The notes below the pieces were generated by a model. That model was not told the DNA's origin and did not search any database. It saw nothing but the letters and a program-made list of their open reading frames with translations. From Zymomonas mobilis subsp. mobilis ATCC 10988 (GTDB lineage Bacteria > Pseudomonadota > Alphaproteobacteria > Sphingomonadales > Sphingomonadaceae), in NCBI RefSeq assembly GCF_000175255.2, contig NC_017262.1:1080001-1112000 (forward strand): a stretch of 32,000 bases of DNA, written 5' to 3'. The position numbers and the translations under genes are program-made. This document shows, piece by piece, positions 1 to 8,474 of the stretch (position 1 is its first letter; each line of letters opens with the position of its first letter).

Positions 1-350
1 CGACCATCTTTCTTTAAGGCTTTAGCTGTCTCATCAACAATATTGATAAGAGGGACAGCTGATATCTCAGCGACGGCATCAGCGACGAGATGCATCGTGT
101 TAGTGCAAATGAGGACACAATCGGCTCCAGCCTTTGCTAAGCCTGCCCCAGCGGCACCGAGAAGCTTGGCAGCGTCATCCCAGCGGTCAGCCTTTTGAAG
201 CGCAACAACCTCTGCAAAGTTCAAAGAATGCATAAGCAGATCTGCTGAGACTAATCCACCGCGTGCATCACGGATAGCTTCATTGATAATCTGGTAATAA
301 GTGACCGTGGATTCCCAACTCATACCGCCAATAAGGCCGATTTTTTTCAT
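1..350 (-). CDS. Aspartate/glutamate racemase family protein (aspartate racemase-like), N-terminal part; the gene continues beyond the window edge
   Basis: The reverse complement from ATG (348-350) translates without stops to MKKIGLIGGMSWESTVTYYQIINEAIRDARGG...CVLICTNTMHLVADAV.... The GGMSWEST and CTNTMH (catalytic Cys) motifs are typical of Asp/Glu racemases. It is absent from the ORF track because it runs off the window. Confidence 0.8.
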   Translation of the reverse strand, partial: MKKIGLIGGMSWESTVTYYQIINEAIRDARGGLVSADLLMHSLNFAEVVALQKADRWDDAAKLLGAAGAGLAKAGADCVLICTNTMHLVADAVAEISAVPLINIVDETAKALKKDG

Positions 351-506
351 ATGCCAATCTCACGAAACTGATTGTTAATAGCCCTAAGAATGCCATGCCT
401 TTTGTAAAAAAAACGCGCTTTTTTTGAGGAATTTAAGGGTAAAACTGCAAATTATTTTCTTATTATTAGGAATAAATGCAAAAATATTGTTCTTATAGAA
501 GAGTCG

Positions 507-983
507 GTGTATCATTTTTCGATGATCGACTACCGAGACCGGCATATATTATCTTTATTACAAGCTAACGCAGAAATGCCATTGGCCGAGATTGCGGAAC
601 GGGTTGCTCTATCTGTTTCGGCTTGTTCTCGTCGTGTCGCGCGATTGCGTGAGGAAGGCTATATAAAAGGCACTATTGCTCTTTTGGATAGAAAGAAGAT
701 CAATCTTCCGACAACTATTTTCCTTCTTGTCAAAACGGGATTGCACACAGGAAATTATCTTGAGCAATTTCATGCAGCCGTGAGTGCCATTCCTGAAATC
801 GTCGAAGTCCATAGGCTCACTGGAAATTTTGATTATATTTTAAAATTAGCTTTGCCGAATGTCGAATATTATGATGTTATTTATAAACAGATACTAAAAC
901 ATGTCGCCTTCTATGATATGTCTGCCTATATTTCTATGGAGACAGTAAAAATATCACCTGCTTTACCGACAAATTATATTTAA
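507..983 (+). CDS. Lrp/AsnC family transcriptional regulator
   Basis: The 158 aa ORF has an N-terminal HTH ([46 protein letters not shown]) and a C-terminal AsnC/RAM-type domain ([16 protein letters not shown]). The start may be GTG 507 or ATG 522. Confidence 0.85.
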   Translation: MYHFSMIDYRDRHILSLLQANAEMPLAEIAERVALSVSACSRRVARLREEGYIKGTIALLDRKKINLPTTIFLLVKTGLHTGNYLEQFHAAVSAIPEIVEVHRLTGNFDYILKLALPNVEYYDVIYKQILKHVAFYDMSAYISMETVKISPALPTNYI

Positions 984-1336
984 AAAGAATTTTCTTCTAA
1001 AATTTTATTAAATAATTCGTCATCTTGGCTAAGATTTTTTTTACCTATATCAATTTCTTGTAAAAAAGCGATAATTTGATCTATCTTATTTTCTGAAATT
1101 TGGGATTGTTGGCTTTGGTATAGTAAGAAATCAAGAATAGAAGGCATGCCAGCCGCTTGCGCTATAGCTTCAAGATTTTTGACAGACATCACCGAATGAT
1201 GATTCATATCGACGGCGCGTGAAAGCGTTGTCGCGGCCTTTATATTAGCTCTACGTGCTAATTCTGCCCAGCTTACATCCATTTTATCTCGGATGCTGTA
1301 AAGCCATTTGGCAATAATCTCTTTTTGTCTCATCAC
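980..1336 (-). CDS. Hypothetical small DNA-binding protein (XRE/repressor-like HTH at the N-terminus)
   Basis: The 118 aa ORF contains [22 protein letters not shown], which resembles an HTH. The coding sequence is AT-rich. Its stop codon overlaps the convergent Lrp-family gene stop (980-983). Confidence 0.5.
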   Translation of the reverse strand: MMRQKEIIAKWLYSIRDKMDVSWAELARRANIKAATTLSRAVDMNHHSVMSVKNLEAIAQAAGMPSILDFLLYQSQQSQISENKIDQIIAFLQEIDIGKKNLSQDDELFNKILEENSF

Positions 1337-1482
1337 CTTATCTCAGTAATAAGTGAGGCTGAAGGTAATCTTTATATAAATGAGTATATAAACAAAATGT
1401 TAAATTTTATAAAAATGATATTGTTTTGTTGTAATAATATTCAGAATATTAAGGCTATTGGATAGATAACAAGAAATATATT

Positions 1483-1701
1483 ATGAACTATCACTCAAAA
1501 CACTTGGGAAGGCCAAGTGGAAAGCTAACAAAACGCCGTAAAGAAATTCTGGAATATTGGAGACAATATGGCCCTGTCTCTTTAGGAAAATTGGCACGTG
1601 ACTGCCATATTTTTGATAGGTCTACAGCAAGACGGTTTCTAATAACCTTTGAAAAAATGGGTATTTTACAGCCGCCTCGGGCAAATTTTTTAAAAAAATA
1701 G
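1483..1701 (+). CDS. Hypothetical small protein, possible winged-helix DNA binding
   Basis: The 72 aa ORF is divergent from the 118 aa gene. The segment RRKEILEYWRQYGPVSLGKLARDCHIFDRSTARRFL resembles an HTH. It is very AT-rich, and no clear Shine-Dalgarno sequence was verified. Confidence 0.4.
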   Translation: MNYHSKHLGRPSGKLTKRRKEILEYWRQYGPVSLGKLARDCHIFDRSTARRFLITFEKMGILQPPRANFLKK

Positions 1702-2000
1702 AGAAAAAATAAAAAATCTATTTTTATGTTGTAAATTAAAAAATATACAATGATTTATCAGGTTAAATAATTTTTTAAAAAACATTATATTAAAAAATAT
1801 TTTTACTTGTTGTAAAATAATATTTATTAAAATTTATGTAATATTTATTTTAAAATTGGAGATTTATATGGTTGCAAAAGATTTGTTTTTGGAATTTTAG
1901 TCTCTTTTCTCATATATCTGAAATATATTGAGACAATTCAATATTGATAAACCAAACATGTTTGGGCGTTTTTGGTATAATTATTCAATTTATTTTAGAA

Positions 2001-2026
2001 TATAAATATAAATATAAATATAAATT
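2001..2026. repeat. Hexanucleotide microsatellite (TATAAA) x ~4.3
   Basis: Direct reading shows tataaa tataaa tataaa tataaa tt, about 165-190 bp upstream of the sacB ATG and inside a ~490 bp extremely AT-rich spacer (1702-2189). Confidence 0.9.
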
Positions 2027-2085
2027 TAGTTTTAAGTAAAAACTTCCGAAAAAAATGTGACTTCGCTTGAAATGTCGAAGCGTGT

Positions 2086-2130
2086 CTTTCGAAAAGGCAG
2101 CCTATTTCAATATTTCTGCCTTTTTGAAAG
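2086..2130 (+). promoter_or_regulatory. Long inverted repeat (15 bp arms, 15 nt spacer) in the sacB upstream/leader region
   Basis: CTTTCGAAAAGGCAG (2086-2100) and CTGCCTTTTTGAAAG (2116-2130) are reverse complements apart from one G.U position. The right arm contains a T-run. The repeat ends 60 bp upstream of the sacB ATG. Confidence 0.6.
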
Positions 2131-2189
2131 TCGAGAACAAGAATTAATCTTTTTTCGGCTTTATTTCATCATTTATTAGGATAGTTCTT

Positions 2190-3461
2190 ATGTTGAATAA
2201 AGCAGGCATTGCAGAGCCGAGCTTGTGGACTCGTGCGGATGCTATGAAAGTGCATACCGATGATCCCACGGCAACCATGCCTACCATTGATTATGACTTT
2301 CCTGTCATGACTGATAAATATTGGGTTTGGGACACTTGGCCCTTACGCGATATTAACGGTCAGGTTGTCAGCTTCCAAGGTTGGTCGGTGATCTTTGCTT
2401 TGGTCGCTGATCGCACCAAATATGGTTGGCATAATCGCAATGATGGCGCCAGAATTGGTTATTTCTATTCACGTGGTGGAAGCAACTGGATTTTTGGTGG
2501 TCATCTTCTGAAAGATGGTGCCAATCCGCGTTCTTGGGAATGGTCTGGTTGCACGATTATGGCACCGGGTACGGCCAATTCTGTCGAAGTATTCTTTACG
2601 TCTGTCAATGATACGCCGTCAGAATCCGTTCCTGCCCAGTGCAAGGGCTACATCTATGCCGATGATAAATCGGTATGGTTTGACGGTTTTGATAAAGTGA
2701 CCGATCTGTTTCAGGCAGATGGCCTTTATTATGCTGATTATGCAGAAAATAATTTCTGGGATTTCCGCGATCCGCATGTCTTCATTAACCCCGAAGATGG
2801 CAAAACATATGCCTTGTTTGAAGGTAATGTTGCCATGGAGCGCGGTACGGTCGCTGTTGGCGAAGAGGAAATTGGCCCTGTTCCACCAAAAACCGAAACG
2901 CCTGATGGCGCTCGCTATTGTGCTGCTGCCATTGGTATTGCACAGGCCCTTAATGAAGCCCGCACCGAATGGAAATTGTTACCGCCTTTGGTAACCGCCT
3001 TTGGTGTCAATGACCAGACGGAGCGGCCTCATGTCGTTTTCCAGAATGGCTTGACCTATCTCTTTACGATCAGTCATCATTCGACTTATGCCGATGGTTT
3101 GTCGGGTCCTGATGGGGTTTATGGCTTTGTTTCTGAAAACGGCATTTTTGGCCCTTATGAACCGCTGAATGGTTCCGGTTTGGTTCTCGGTAACCCCTCT
3201 TCACAGCCTTATCAGGCTTATTCCCATTATGTGATGACAAATGGGCTGGTGACCTCCTTCATTGATACCATTCCGAGTTCTGACCCGAATGTCTATCGTT
3301 ATGGTGGCACCTTGGCACCGACCATCAAATTGGAATTGGTTGGCCATCGCAGCTTCGTTACCGAAGTGAAGGGTTATGGCTATATTCCGCCACAGATCGA
3401 GTGGTTGGCAGAAGATGAATCTTCTAATTCTGCGGCAGCCCTGTCTTTATTGAATAAATAA
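2190..3461 (+). CDS. sacB: Levansucrase (GH68 beta-fructofuranosidase/fructosyltransferase)
   Basis: The 423 aa ORF carries GH68 motifs: WDTWPL (nucleophile region), FRDPHVF (RDP motif) and DQTERPHVVF (acid/base Glu). The sequence matches my memory of Z. mobilis SacB (MLNKAGIAEPSLWTRADAMKV...). Confidence 0.95.
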   Translation: MLNKAGIAEPSLWTRADAMKVHTDDPTATMPTIDYDFPVMTDKYWVWDTWPLRDINGQVVSFQGWSVIFALVADRTKYGWHNRNDGARIGYFYSRGGSNWIFGGHLLKDGANPRSWEWSGCTIMAPGTANSVEVFFTSVNDTPSESVPAQCKGYIYADDKSVWFDGFDKVTDLFQADGLYYADYAENNFWDFRDPHVFINPEDGKTYALFEGNVAMERGTVAVGEEEIGPVPPKTETPDGARYCAAAIGIAQALNEARTEWKLLPPLVTAFGVNDQTERPHVVFQNGLTYLFTISHHSTYADGLSGPDGVYGFVSENGIFGPYEPLNGSGLVLGNPSSQPYQAYSHYVMTNGLVTSFIDTIPSSDPNVYRYGGTLAPTIKLELVGHRSFVTEVKGYGYIPPQIEWLAEDESSNSAAALSLLNK

Positions 3462-3538
3462 GATTTATTCATTGTAAATGACGTTTCTGATTATGCTTGA
3501 ATAAAGCATTATCATCTTTTGAGTTTATTTCAACTTAA

Positions 3539-3571
3539 GGGTCATCAGGGCATTTTGCCCTGATGACACCC
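3539..3571 (+). terminator. Strong intercistronic stem-loop between sacB and sacC (partial terminator or mRNA stabiliser candidate)
   Basis: GGGTCATCAGGGC-ATTTT-GCCCTGATGACACCC forms an 11 bp perfect stem, extended by 2 G-C pairs across a one-base bulge. No U-tract follows, so it is not a canonical intrinsic terminator. Confidence 0.5.
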
Positions 3572-3616
3572 TTCCTATTCCTAATAATAATTTCAAGAAA
3601 GTGTATATTACTTTAA

Positions 3617-4858
3617 ATGTTTAATTTTAATGCCAGTCGCTGGACGCGAGCCCAAGCGATGAAAGTGAATAAATTTGATTTGACGACCTCTATGCCGGAA
3701 ATCGGCACTGATTTTCCCATTATGCGTGATGACTTGTGGCTGTGGGATACTTGGCCATTACGGGATATCAATGGCAATCCTGTCAGCTTTAAAGGCTGGA
3801 ATGTTATTTTCTCTTTGGTCGCTGACCGCAATATTCCGTGGAATGATCGCCATTCTCATGCCCGCATCGGCTATTTCTATTCCAAAGATGGTAAAAGCTG
3901 GGTTTATGGTGGCCATCTATTGCAAGAATCGGCCAATACCCGCACGGCAGAATGGTCCGGCGGCACGATTATGGCACCGGGTTCCCGTAATCAGGTCGAA
4001 ACCTTCTTTACCTCGACTTTATTCGACAAGAATGGCGTCAGAGAAGCCGTTGCTGCTGTCACGAAAGGCCGCATTTATGCGGATAGTGAAGGCGTTTGGT
4101 TCAAGGGTTTTGACCAGTCAACGGATTTGTTTCAGGCTGATGGTCTGTTTTATCAAAATTATGCAGAAAATAATCTCTGGAATTTCCGTGATCCTCATGT
4201 TTTCATCAATCCTGAGGATGGTGAGACCTATGCTTTGTTCGAAGCCAATGTTGCCACTGTCCGTGGAGAAGACGATATAGGCGAGGATGAAATTGGTCCT
4301 GTTCCGGCCAATACGGTCGTTCCAAAAGATGCCAATTTATGCTCGGCCTCTATTGGTATTGCGCGTTGTTTGTCGCCGGATCGCACCGAATGGGAGCTGT
4401 TACCGCCTTTGTTGACAGCCTTTGGTGTCAATGACCAGATGGAACGGCCTCATGTCATTTTCCAGAATGGTTTGACCTATCTCTTTACGATCAGCCATGA
4501 TTCGACTTATGCCGATGGCTTAACCGGTTCCGATGGTCTTTATGGCTTTGTTTCCGAAAATGGTATTTTTGGCCCCTATGAGCCGCTGAATGGTTCTGGC
4601 CTTGTTCTCGGTGGCCCCGCGTCACAGCCGACCGAAGCCTATGCTCATTACATCATGAATAATGGCTTGGTTGAATCTTTTATCAATGAAATCATTGATC
4701 CCAAAAGCGGCAAAGTCATTGCGGGCGGTAGCTTGGCACCGACGGTTCGCGTTGAATTACAGGGACATGAGACTTTCGCAACCGAAGTCTTTGATTATGG
4801 CTATATTCCCGCATCTTATGCTTGGCCGGTATGGCCTTTCCCTGATCGTCGCAAATAA
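3617..4858 (+). CDS. sacC: Extracellular sucrase (GH68), tandem paralog of sacB
   Basis: The 413 aa ORF has the same GH68 motifs (WDTWPL, FRDPHVF, DQMERPHVIF) and long identical blocks with sacB. The sequence matches my memory of Z. mobilis SacC/InvB (MFNFNASRWTRAQAMKV...). Confidence 0.9.
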   Translation: MFNFNASRWTRAQAMKVNKFDLTTSMPEIGTDFPIMRDDLWLWDTWPLRDINGNPVSFKGWNVIFSLVADRNIPWNDRHSHARIGYFYSKDGKSWVYGGHLLQESANTRTAEWSGGTIMAPGSRNQVETFFTSTLFDKNGVREAVAAVTKGRIYADSEGVWFKGFDQSTDLFQADGLFYQNYAENNLWNFRDPHVFINPEDGETYALFEANVATVRGEDDIGEDEIGPVPANTVVPKDANLCSASIGIARCLSPDRTEWELLPPLLTAFGVNDQMERPHVIFQNGLTYLFTISHDSTYADGLTGSDGLYGFVSENGIFGPYEPLNGSGLVLGGPASQPTEAYAHYIMNNGLVESFINEIIDPKSGKVIAGGSLAPTVRVELQGHETFATEVFDYGYIPASYAWPVWPFPDRRK

Positions 4859-4946
4859 TTTTTGACGACAAAAAATTGCGCTGAAATAACGCCAATCATA
4901 CCGGAAGATATAAAACCGGTTGTCCATTTTCAGATGAAGTGGGAGA

Positions 4947-5021
4947 TGGTGGGCGCGGCTGGGATTGAACCAGCGGCCACTGCGATGTGAACACAGTGCT
5001 CTACCACTGAGCTACGCGCCC
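4947..5021 (-). tRNA. tRNA-Val (anticodon CAC)
   Basis: The reverse complement GGGCGCGTAGCTCAGTGGTAGAGCACTGTGTTCACATCGCAGTGGCCGCTGGTTCAATCCCAGCCGCGCCCACCA folds by hand into a cloverleaf. It has a 7 bp acceptor, a GCTC/GAGC D stem, a CTGTG/CGCAG anticodon stem with loop TTCACAT, a GCTGG/CCAGC T stem with TTCAATC loop, and an encoded CCA. Confidence 0.9.
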
Positions 5022-5087
5022 TATATGCTGCGAAGCAGTAAGAAAAACCCGAAGCTTTGTCCAGAGTTTTTTCAAATAGCAGGATAA

Positions 5088-5129
5088 ATTATAAAAATAT
5101 CCCTGCCAGCCGGTTTGACTAGCAGGGAT
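5088..5129 (-). terminator. Rho-independent terminator downstream of lon
   Basis: On the minus strand the hairpin ATCCCTGC-(15 nt)-GCAGGGAT (5099-5106 / 5122-5129) is followed by ATTTTTATAATTT. It starts about 20 nt after the lon stop codon. Confidence 0.6.
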
Positions 5130-5148
5130 ACGGGGTAAGTGTTTTTTA

Positions 5149-7578
5149 TCAATGATGCACAGGGCTGACACCATCTGACGCATGATGGTTCAAAGCCGTC
5201 GGCGGGAAAGCGGCCAGATCATCGGCTTCGCTCCAGTCGATAGGATCAAGCTTTTCAGTCAAAGCGAGTACCAGAACCTCATCAACATGCGATACCGGAA
5301 TAATCTTGAGACCCTTTTTAATGTTTTCCGGTAATTCAATCAGGTCTTTCTGATTTTCTTCCGGAATCAACACCGTTTTGATCCCGCCTCTTAGGGCGGC
5401 AAGAAGTTTCTCTTTCAATCCACCAATCGGCAGGACGCGACCTCTTAAGGTGACTTCACCGGTCATAGCGACATCGCGGTGCACTGGGACACCTGTCAGA
5501 ACCGACGTAATCGCTGTCACAATACCGATACCCGCTGAAGGTCCATCTTTTGGAACAGCACCTTCCGGCAAATGGATATGGACATCTTTCCGAGTAAAGA
5601 TACTGGGTTTAATGCCATAGAAGGGTGCACGTGATTTGACGAAGGACAACGCCGCTTGAATGGACTCCTTCATCACATCGCCAAGTTTACCCGTCGTGCG
5701 GATATTGCCTCTACCTGGGACAGTGACACTTTCGATCGTCAGCAATTCTCCCCCGACCTCTGTCCATGCCAGACCCGTGACGACACCGACCTGATCTTCT
5801 TTTTCGGAAATACCAAATTTATACCGCCGGACGCCCGAAAAATCGCTCAGATTTTTAGCCGTGATCGTGATCGTTTTGGCTTTCTTTTCAAGAATACGCC
5901 GCAAGGCTTTACGGGCAATTTTAGCCAGTTCACGTTCCAGCGCACGAACACCCGATTCACGGGTATAATAGCGGATAAGATCACGGATAGCGTCTGTCTC
6001 AACCGTAAATTCGCCTTTTTTCAAACCATGGGATTTTATTTGGCGCGGTAAAAGATGGCTGGTCGCAATCTCGATTTTTTCGTCTTCGGTATAACCTTCA
6101 AGACGGATGATTTCCATGCGGTCGATTAGAGGGGCAGGCAAATTCAAAGAATTGGCCGTTGCCACAAACATGACATCCGAAAGATCAATATCGGTTTCAA
6201 GATAATGATCCTGAAATTTATTATTCTGTTCGGGGTCTAAAACCTCAAGCAAGGCGGATGCCGGATCACCACGGGAATCCTGTCCCAATTTGTCAATTTC
6301 ATCGAGCAGAAAGAGCGGATTAAAGCTTTCTGCTTTTTTGATATTGGTGACGATTTTACCCGGAAGCGAGCCAATATAAGTCCGACGATGGCCGCGTATT
6401 TCGGCCTCATCACGAACGCCGCCAAGCGATTGTCTGACAAAGTTACGACCCGTGGCCTTGGCGATAGAGCGTGCCAAGGAGGTTTTACCCACACCCGGAG
6501 GCCCAACGAGGCAAAGGATAGGCCCTTTCAACTTGTTCGTACGAGCCTGAACCGCGATATATTCGACAATTCGTTCTTTAACCTTATCAAGGCCGAAATG
6601 TTCTTCACCAAGAATTTTTTCAGCGGCGATGATATCCTTTTTAACCCGTGTTTTCTTGCCCCATGGCATATTCAACAAGGTTTCAAGATAAGAACGCACC
6701 ACCGTTGCTTCGGCAGACATAGCGCCCATCGTCCGCAATTTTTTTAATTCCGAAGTGGCCTTGGCCTTCACCTCTTTCGGAAGTTTCGGGTTATTCAGCT
6801 TTTGCGTGAATTCAGAGAGTTCGTCGCCGTCCTCTTCTTCTTCGCCATTCCCGCTGCTTTCGCCTGTGGAAAGTTCTCTCTGAATAGCTTTGAGCTGTTC
6901 ATTGAGGTAATATTCCCGCTGGTTTTTTTCCATCTGGCGTTTGACGCGGCTTCTGATCTTGCGTTCAACCTGTAAAACGCCAAGTTCGCCTTCCATCAGG
7001 CCAAACGTCATTTCCAGTCTTTTAAAGGGGTTCAGCTCTTCAAGAAGCGGCTGTTTGTCGGCTACTTTGACAGCCAAATTAACAGCGATCGCATCAGCCA
7101 GTCGAGATGGGGCATCAATCTCTTTGATTTCATGGGCAATATCGCCCGGTAATTTGCGATTGAGTTTAGCGTAATGTTCGAACTGATCCTTGACCGAGCG
7201 CATCAGAGCCTCGACCTCGTCATTTTCGACGGAGGTATCCTCAAGGGGTTCTACTTCGGCGATGAGATGGCCACTGGAATCGTCCATGTCGCTTATTTTG
7301 GCGCGTTTCCGGCCTTCTACCAACACCCGCACGGTGCCGTCGGGTAATTTAAGAAGTTGTAACACATTCGCGACCACGCCAATGTCATAAAGCGCTTCAC
7401 GATTAGGGTCTTCTTCAGCCGGGTCGCGTTGGGAAACGAGAAAAATAGTCTTCTCTGCTGCCATCACGCTTTCAAGCGCTGCTACCGATTTTTCACGACC
7501 GACAAAAAGCGGCGCGATCATATGAGGAAATACGACGATGTCGCGCAGCGGTAAAACGGGAAGGGTTTCTTTCATCAC
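5149..7578 (-). CDS. lon: ATP-dependent Lon protease (LonA)
   Basis: The 809 aa ORF has an N-terminal LON domain (LPVLPLRDIVVFPHM), AAA+ Walker A (GPPGVGKTSL), Walker B (LFLLDEIDK) and the protease motif PKDGPSAG. Confidence 0.97.
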   Translation of the reverse strand: MMKETLPVLPLRDIVVFPHMIAPLFVGREKSVAALESVMAAEKTIFLVSQRDPAEEDPNREALYDIGVVANVLQLLKLPDGTVRVLVEGRKRAKISDMDDSSGHLIAEVEPLEDTSVENDEVEALMRSVKDQFEHYAKLNRKLPGDIAHEIKEIDAPSRLADAIAVNLAVKVADKQPLLEELNPFKRLEMTFGLMEGELGVLQVERKIRSRVKRQMEKNQREYYLNEQLKAIQRELSTGESSGNGEEEEDGDELSEFTQKLNNPKLPKEVKAKATSELKKLRTMGAMSAEATVVRSYLETLLNMPWGKKTRVKKDIIAAEKILGEEHFGLDKVKERIVEYIAVQARTNKLKGPILCLVGPPGVGKTSLARSIAKATGRNFVRQSLGGVRDEAEIRGHRRTYIGSLPGKIVTNIKKAESFNPLFLLDEIDKLGQDSRGDPASALLEVLDPEQNNKFQDHYLETDIDLSDVMFVATANSLNLPAPLIDRMEIIRLEGYTEDEKIEIATSHLLPRQIKSHGLKKGEFTVETDAIRDLIRYYTRESGVRALERELAKIARKALRRILEKKAKTITITAKNLSDFSGVRRYKFGISEKEDQVGVVTGLAWTEVGGELLTIESVTVPGRGNIRTTGKLGDVMKESIQAALSFVKSRAPFYGIKPSIFTRKDVHIHLPEGAVPKDGPSAGIGIVTAITSVLTGVPVHRDVAMTGEVTLRGRVLPIGGLKEKLLAALRGGIKTVLIPEENQKDLIELPENIKKGLKIIPVSHVDEVLVLALTEKLDPIDWSEADDLAAFPPTALNHHASDGVSPVHH

Positions 7579-7616
7579 AACTCCACTGGGGCGGCAAAAT
7601 GCTCACACCTTTTCAT

Positions 7617-7646
7617 AGATATGGTGTCGATCTTTCTGGGTTCAAT
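7617..7646 (-). promoter_or_regulatory. Putative sigma32 (RpoH)-type heat-shock promoter of lon
   Basis: The minus strand reads ATTGAA-N14-CACCATATCT. My remembered consensus is CTTGAA-N13-15-CCCCATNT. The -10 element lies about 40 nt upstream of the lon ATG. Confidence 0.5.
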
Positions 7647-7761
7647 CACGGGGGTCTATCAGGAAAATAACTTATTTGGGAAAAGAATTTAAAATAACAT
7701 AGAATAAAACTTTGTGCATGAGTAACAATAAAAATTTCTACTGATGATAGAAATATCGTGA

Positions 7762-8391
7762 TTGGATAAGATGAAACAATCTTTGTGCCAACAGAATATT
7801 GAACAGAAGCTGGATCAATGGGCCGCCGGAAATCACTTGATACAACAAGGGCTGCATCAATTTGGTTATCCACTTTATCAAGCCGTCGAAAGAGGCGTTT
7901 CCAGTCTGGCTCGGGTGATTGTCGGGCAACAGCTTCATACCAAAGTCGCGGATGGGATATGGCAAAAACTAGTCTGTTCTATCGGAGACATTACGGCTGA
8001 TCGTCTTTTGTCTGTTGACGCGGCGATTTTGCGGCAATGTGGATTGTCACCGTCTAAGATTGCTTATTTGAAAGATTTGGCGATGCGCTCTGTCTCGGGG
8101 TTGGATTTGTTCGCTTTGCCCGAAGGAGATGATGATGCGGTCGATCTTTTGATGTCCGTGCATGGGATTGGTCGTTGGACGGCTGAAAATTATCTGATCT
8201 TTGCCGAAGGGCGTTTGGATATTTGGCCTGCGGCTGATTTAGGGATAAGAATTGCCACCGGATATCTTTATCAATTATCCTATCGGCCTGATATGAAAGA
8301 AACCCGTGGGCTTGGGGATATATTCCGTCCTTATAGAAGTATAATGGCTTTGTTTTTATGGCATCAATATCGAAATAAAAATTTCTGCTGA
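7762..8391 (+). CDS. HhH-GPD base-excision repair protein (DNA-3-methyladenine glycosylase II, AlkA-like)
   Basis: The 209 aa ORF has a helix-hairpin-helix/GPD motif (LMSVHGIGRWTAENYLIFAEGRLDIWPAADLGIRIA). The ATG at 7771 is a more likely start than the TTG at 7762. Confidence 0.8.
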   Translation: MDKMKQSLCQQNIEQKLDQWAAGNHLIQQGLHQFGYPLYQAVERGVSSLARVIVGQQLHTKVADGIWQKLVCSIGDITADRLLSVDAAILRQCGLSPSKIAYLKDLAMRSVSGLDLFALPEGDDDAVDLLMSVHGIGRWTAENYLIFAEGRLDIWPAADLGIRIATGYLYQLSYRPDMKETRGLGDIFRPYRSIMALFLWHQYRNKNFC

Positions 8392-8474
8392 TTTTATTTT
8401 AACTTCAATTTTTTCTAATCTCTTTATTTCTGCCCACTCTTTGTTGTTGTAAATTCTGTTTTAATAGAATTTGC

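Noticed and set aside
406-425. An A8-CGCGC-T7 palindrome resembles a bidirectional intrinsic terminator.
   Set aside because: It lies between two divergently transcribed gene starts (racemase ATG at 350, Lrp-family start at 507), so no upstream transcript needs terminating. The stem would be A-U only. It may be an operator or UP-like element, but the evidence is insufficient to call a feature.
2515-4431. Alternative-frame and antisense ORFs lie inside sacB and sacC (2515..2700, 2719..2994, 3613..3831, 3726..4280, 4228..4431).
   Set aside because: They are fully embedded in strongly supported GH68 reading frames. Their repetitive Met/Arg/Leu-rich translations are typical of off-frame artefacts.
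5378-7390. Six plus-strand ORFs (66-131 aa) and two off-frame minus-strand ORFs (6237..6506, 6795..6983) lie inside lon. Similar minus-strand ORFs lie inside clpA (29849..31809).
   Set aside because: They are shadow ORFs overlapping highly conserved AAA+ protease genes and have no independent signals.
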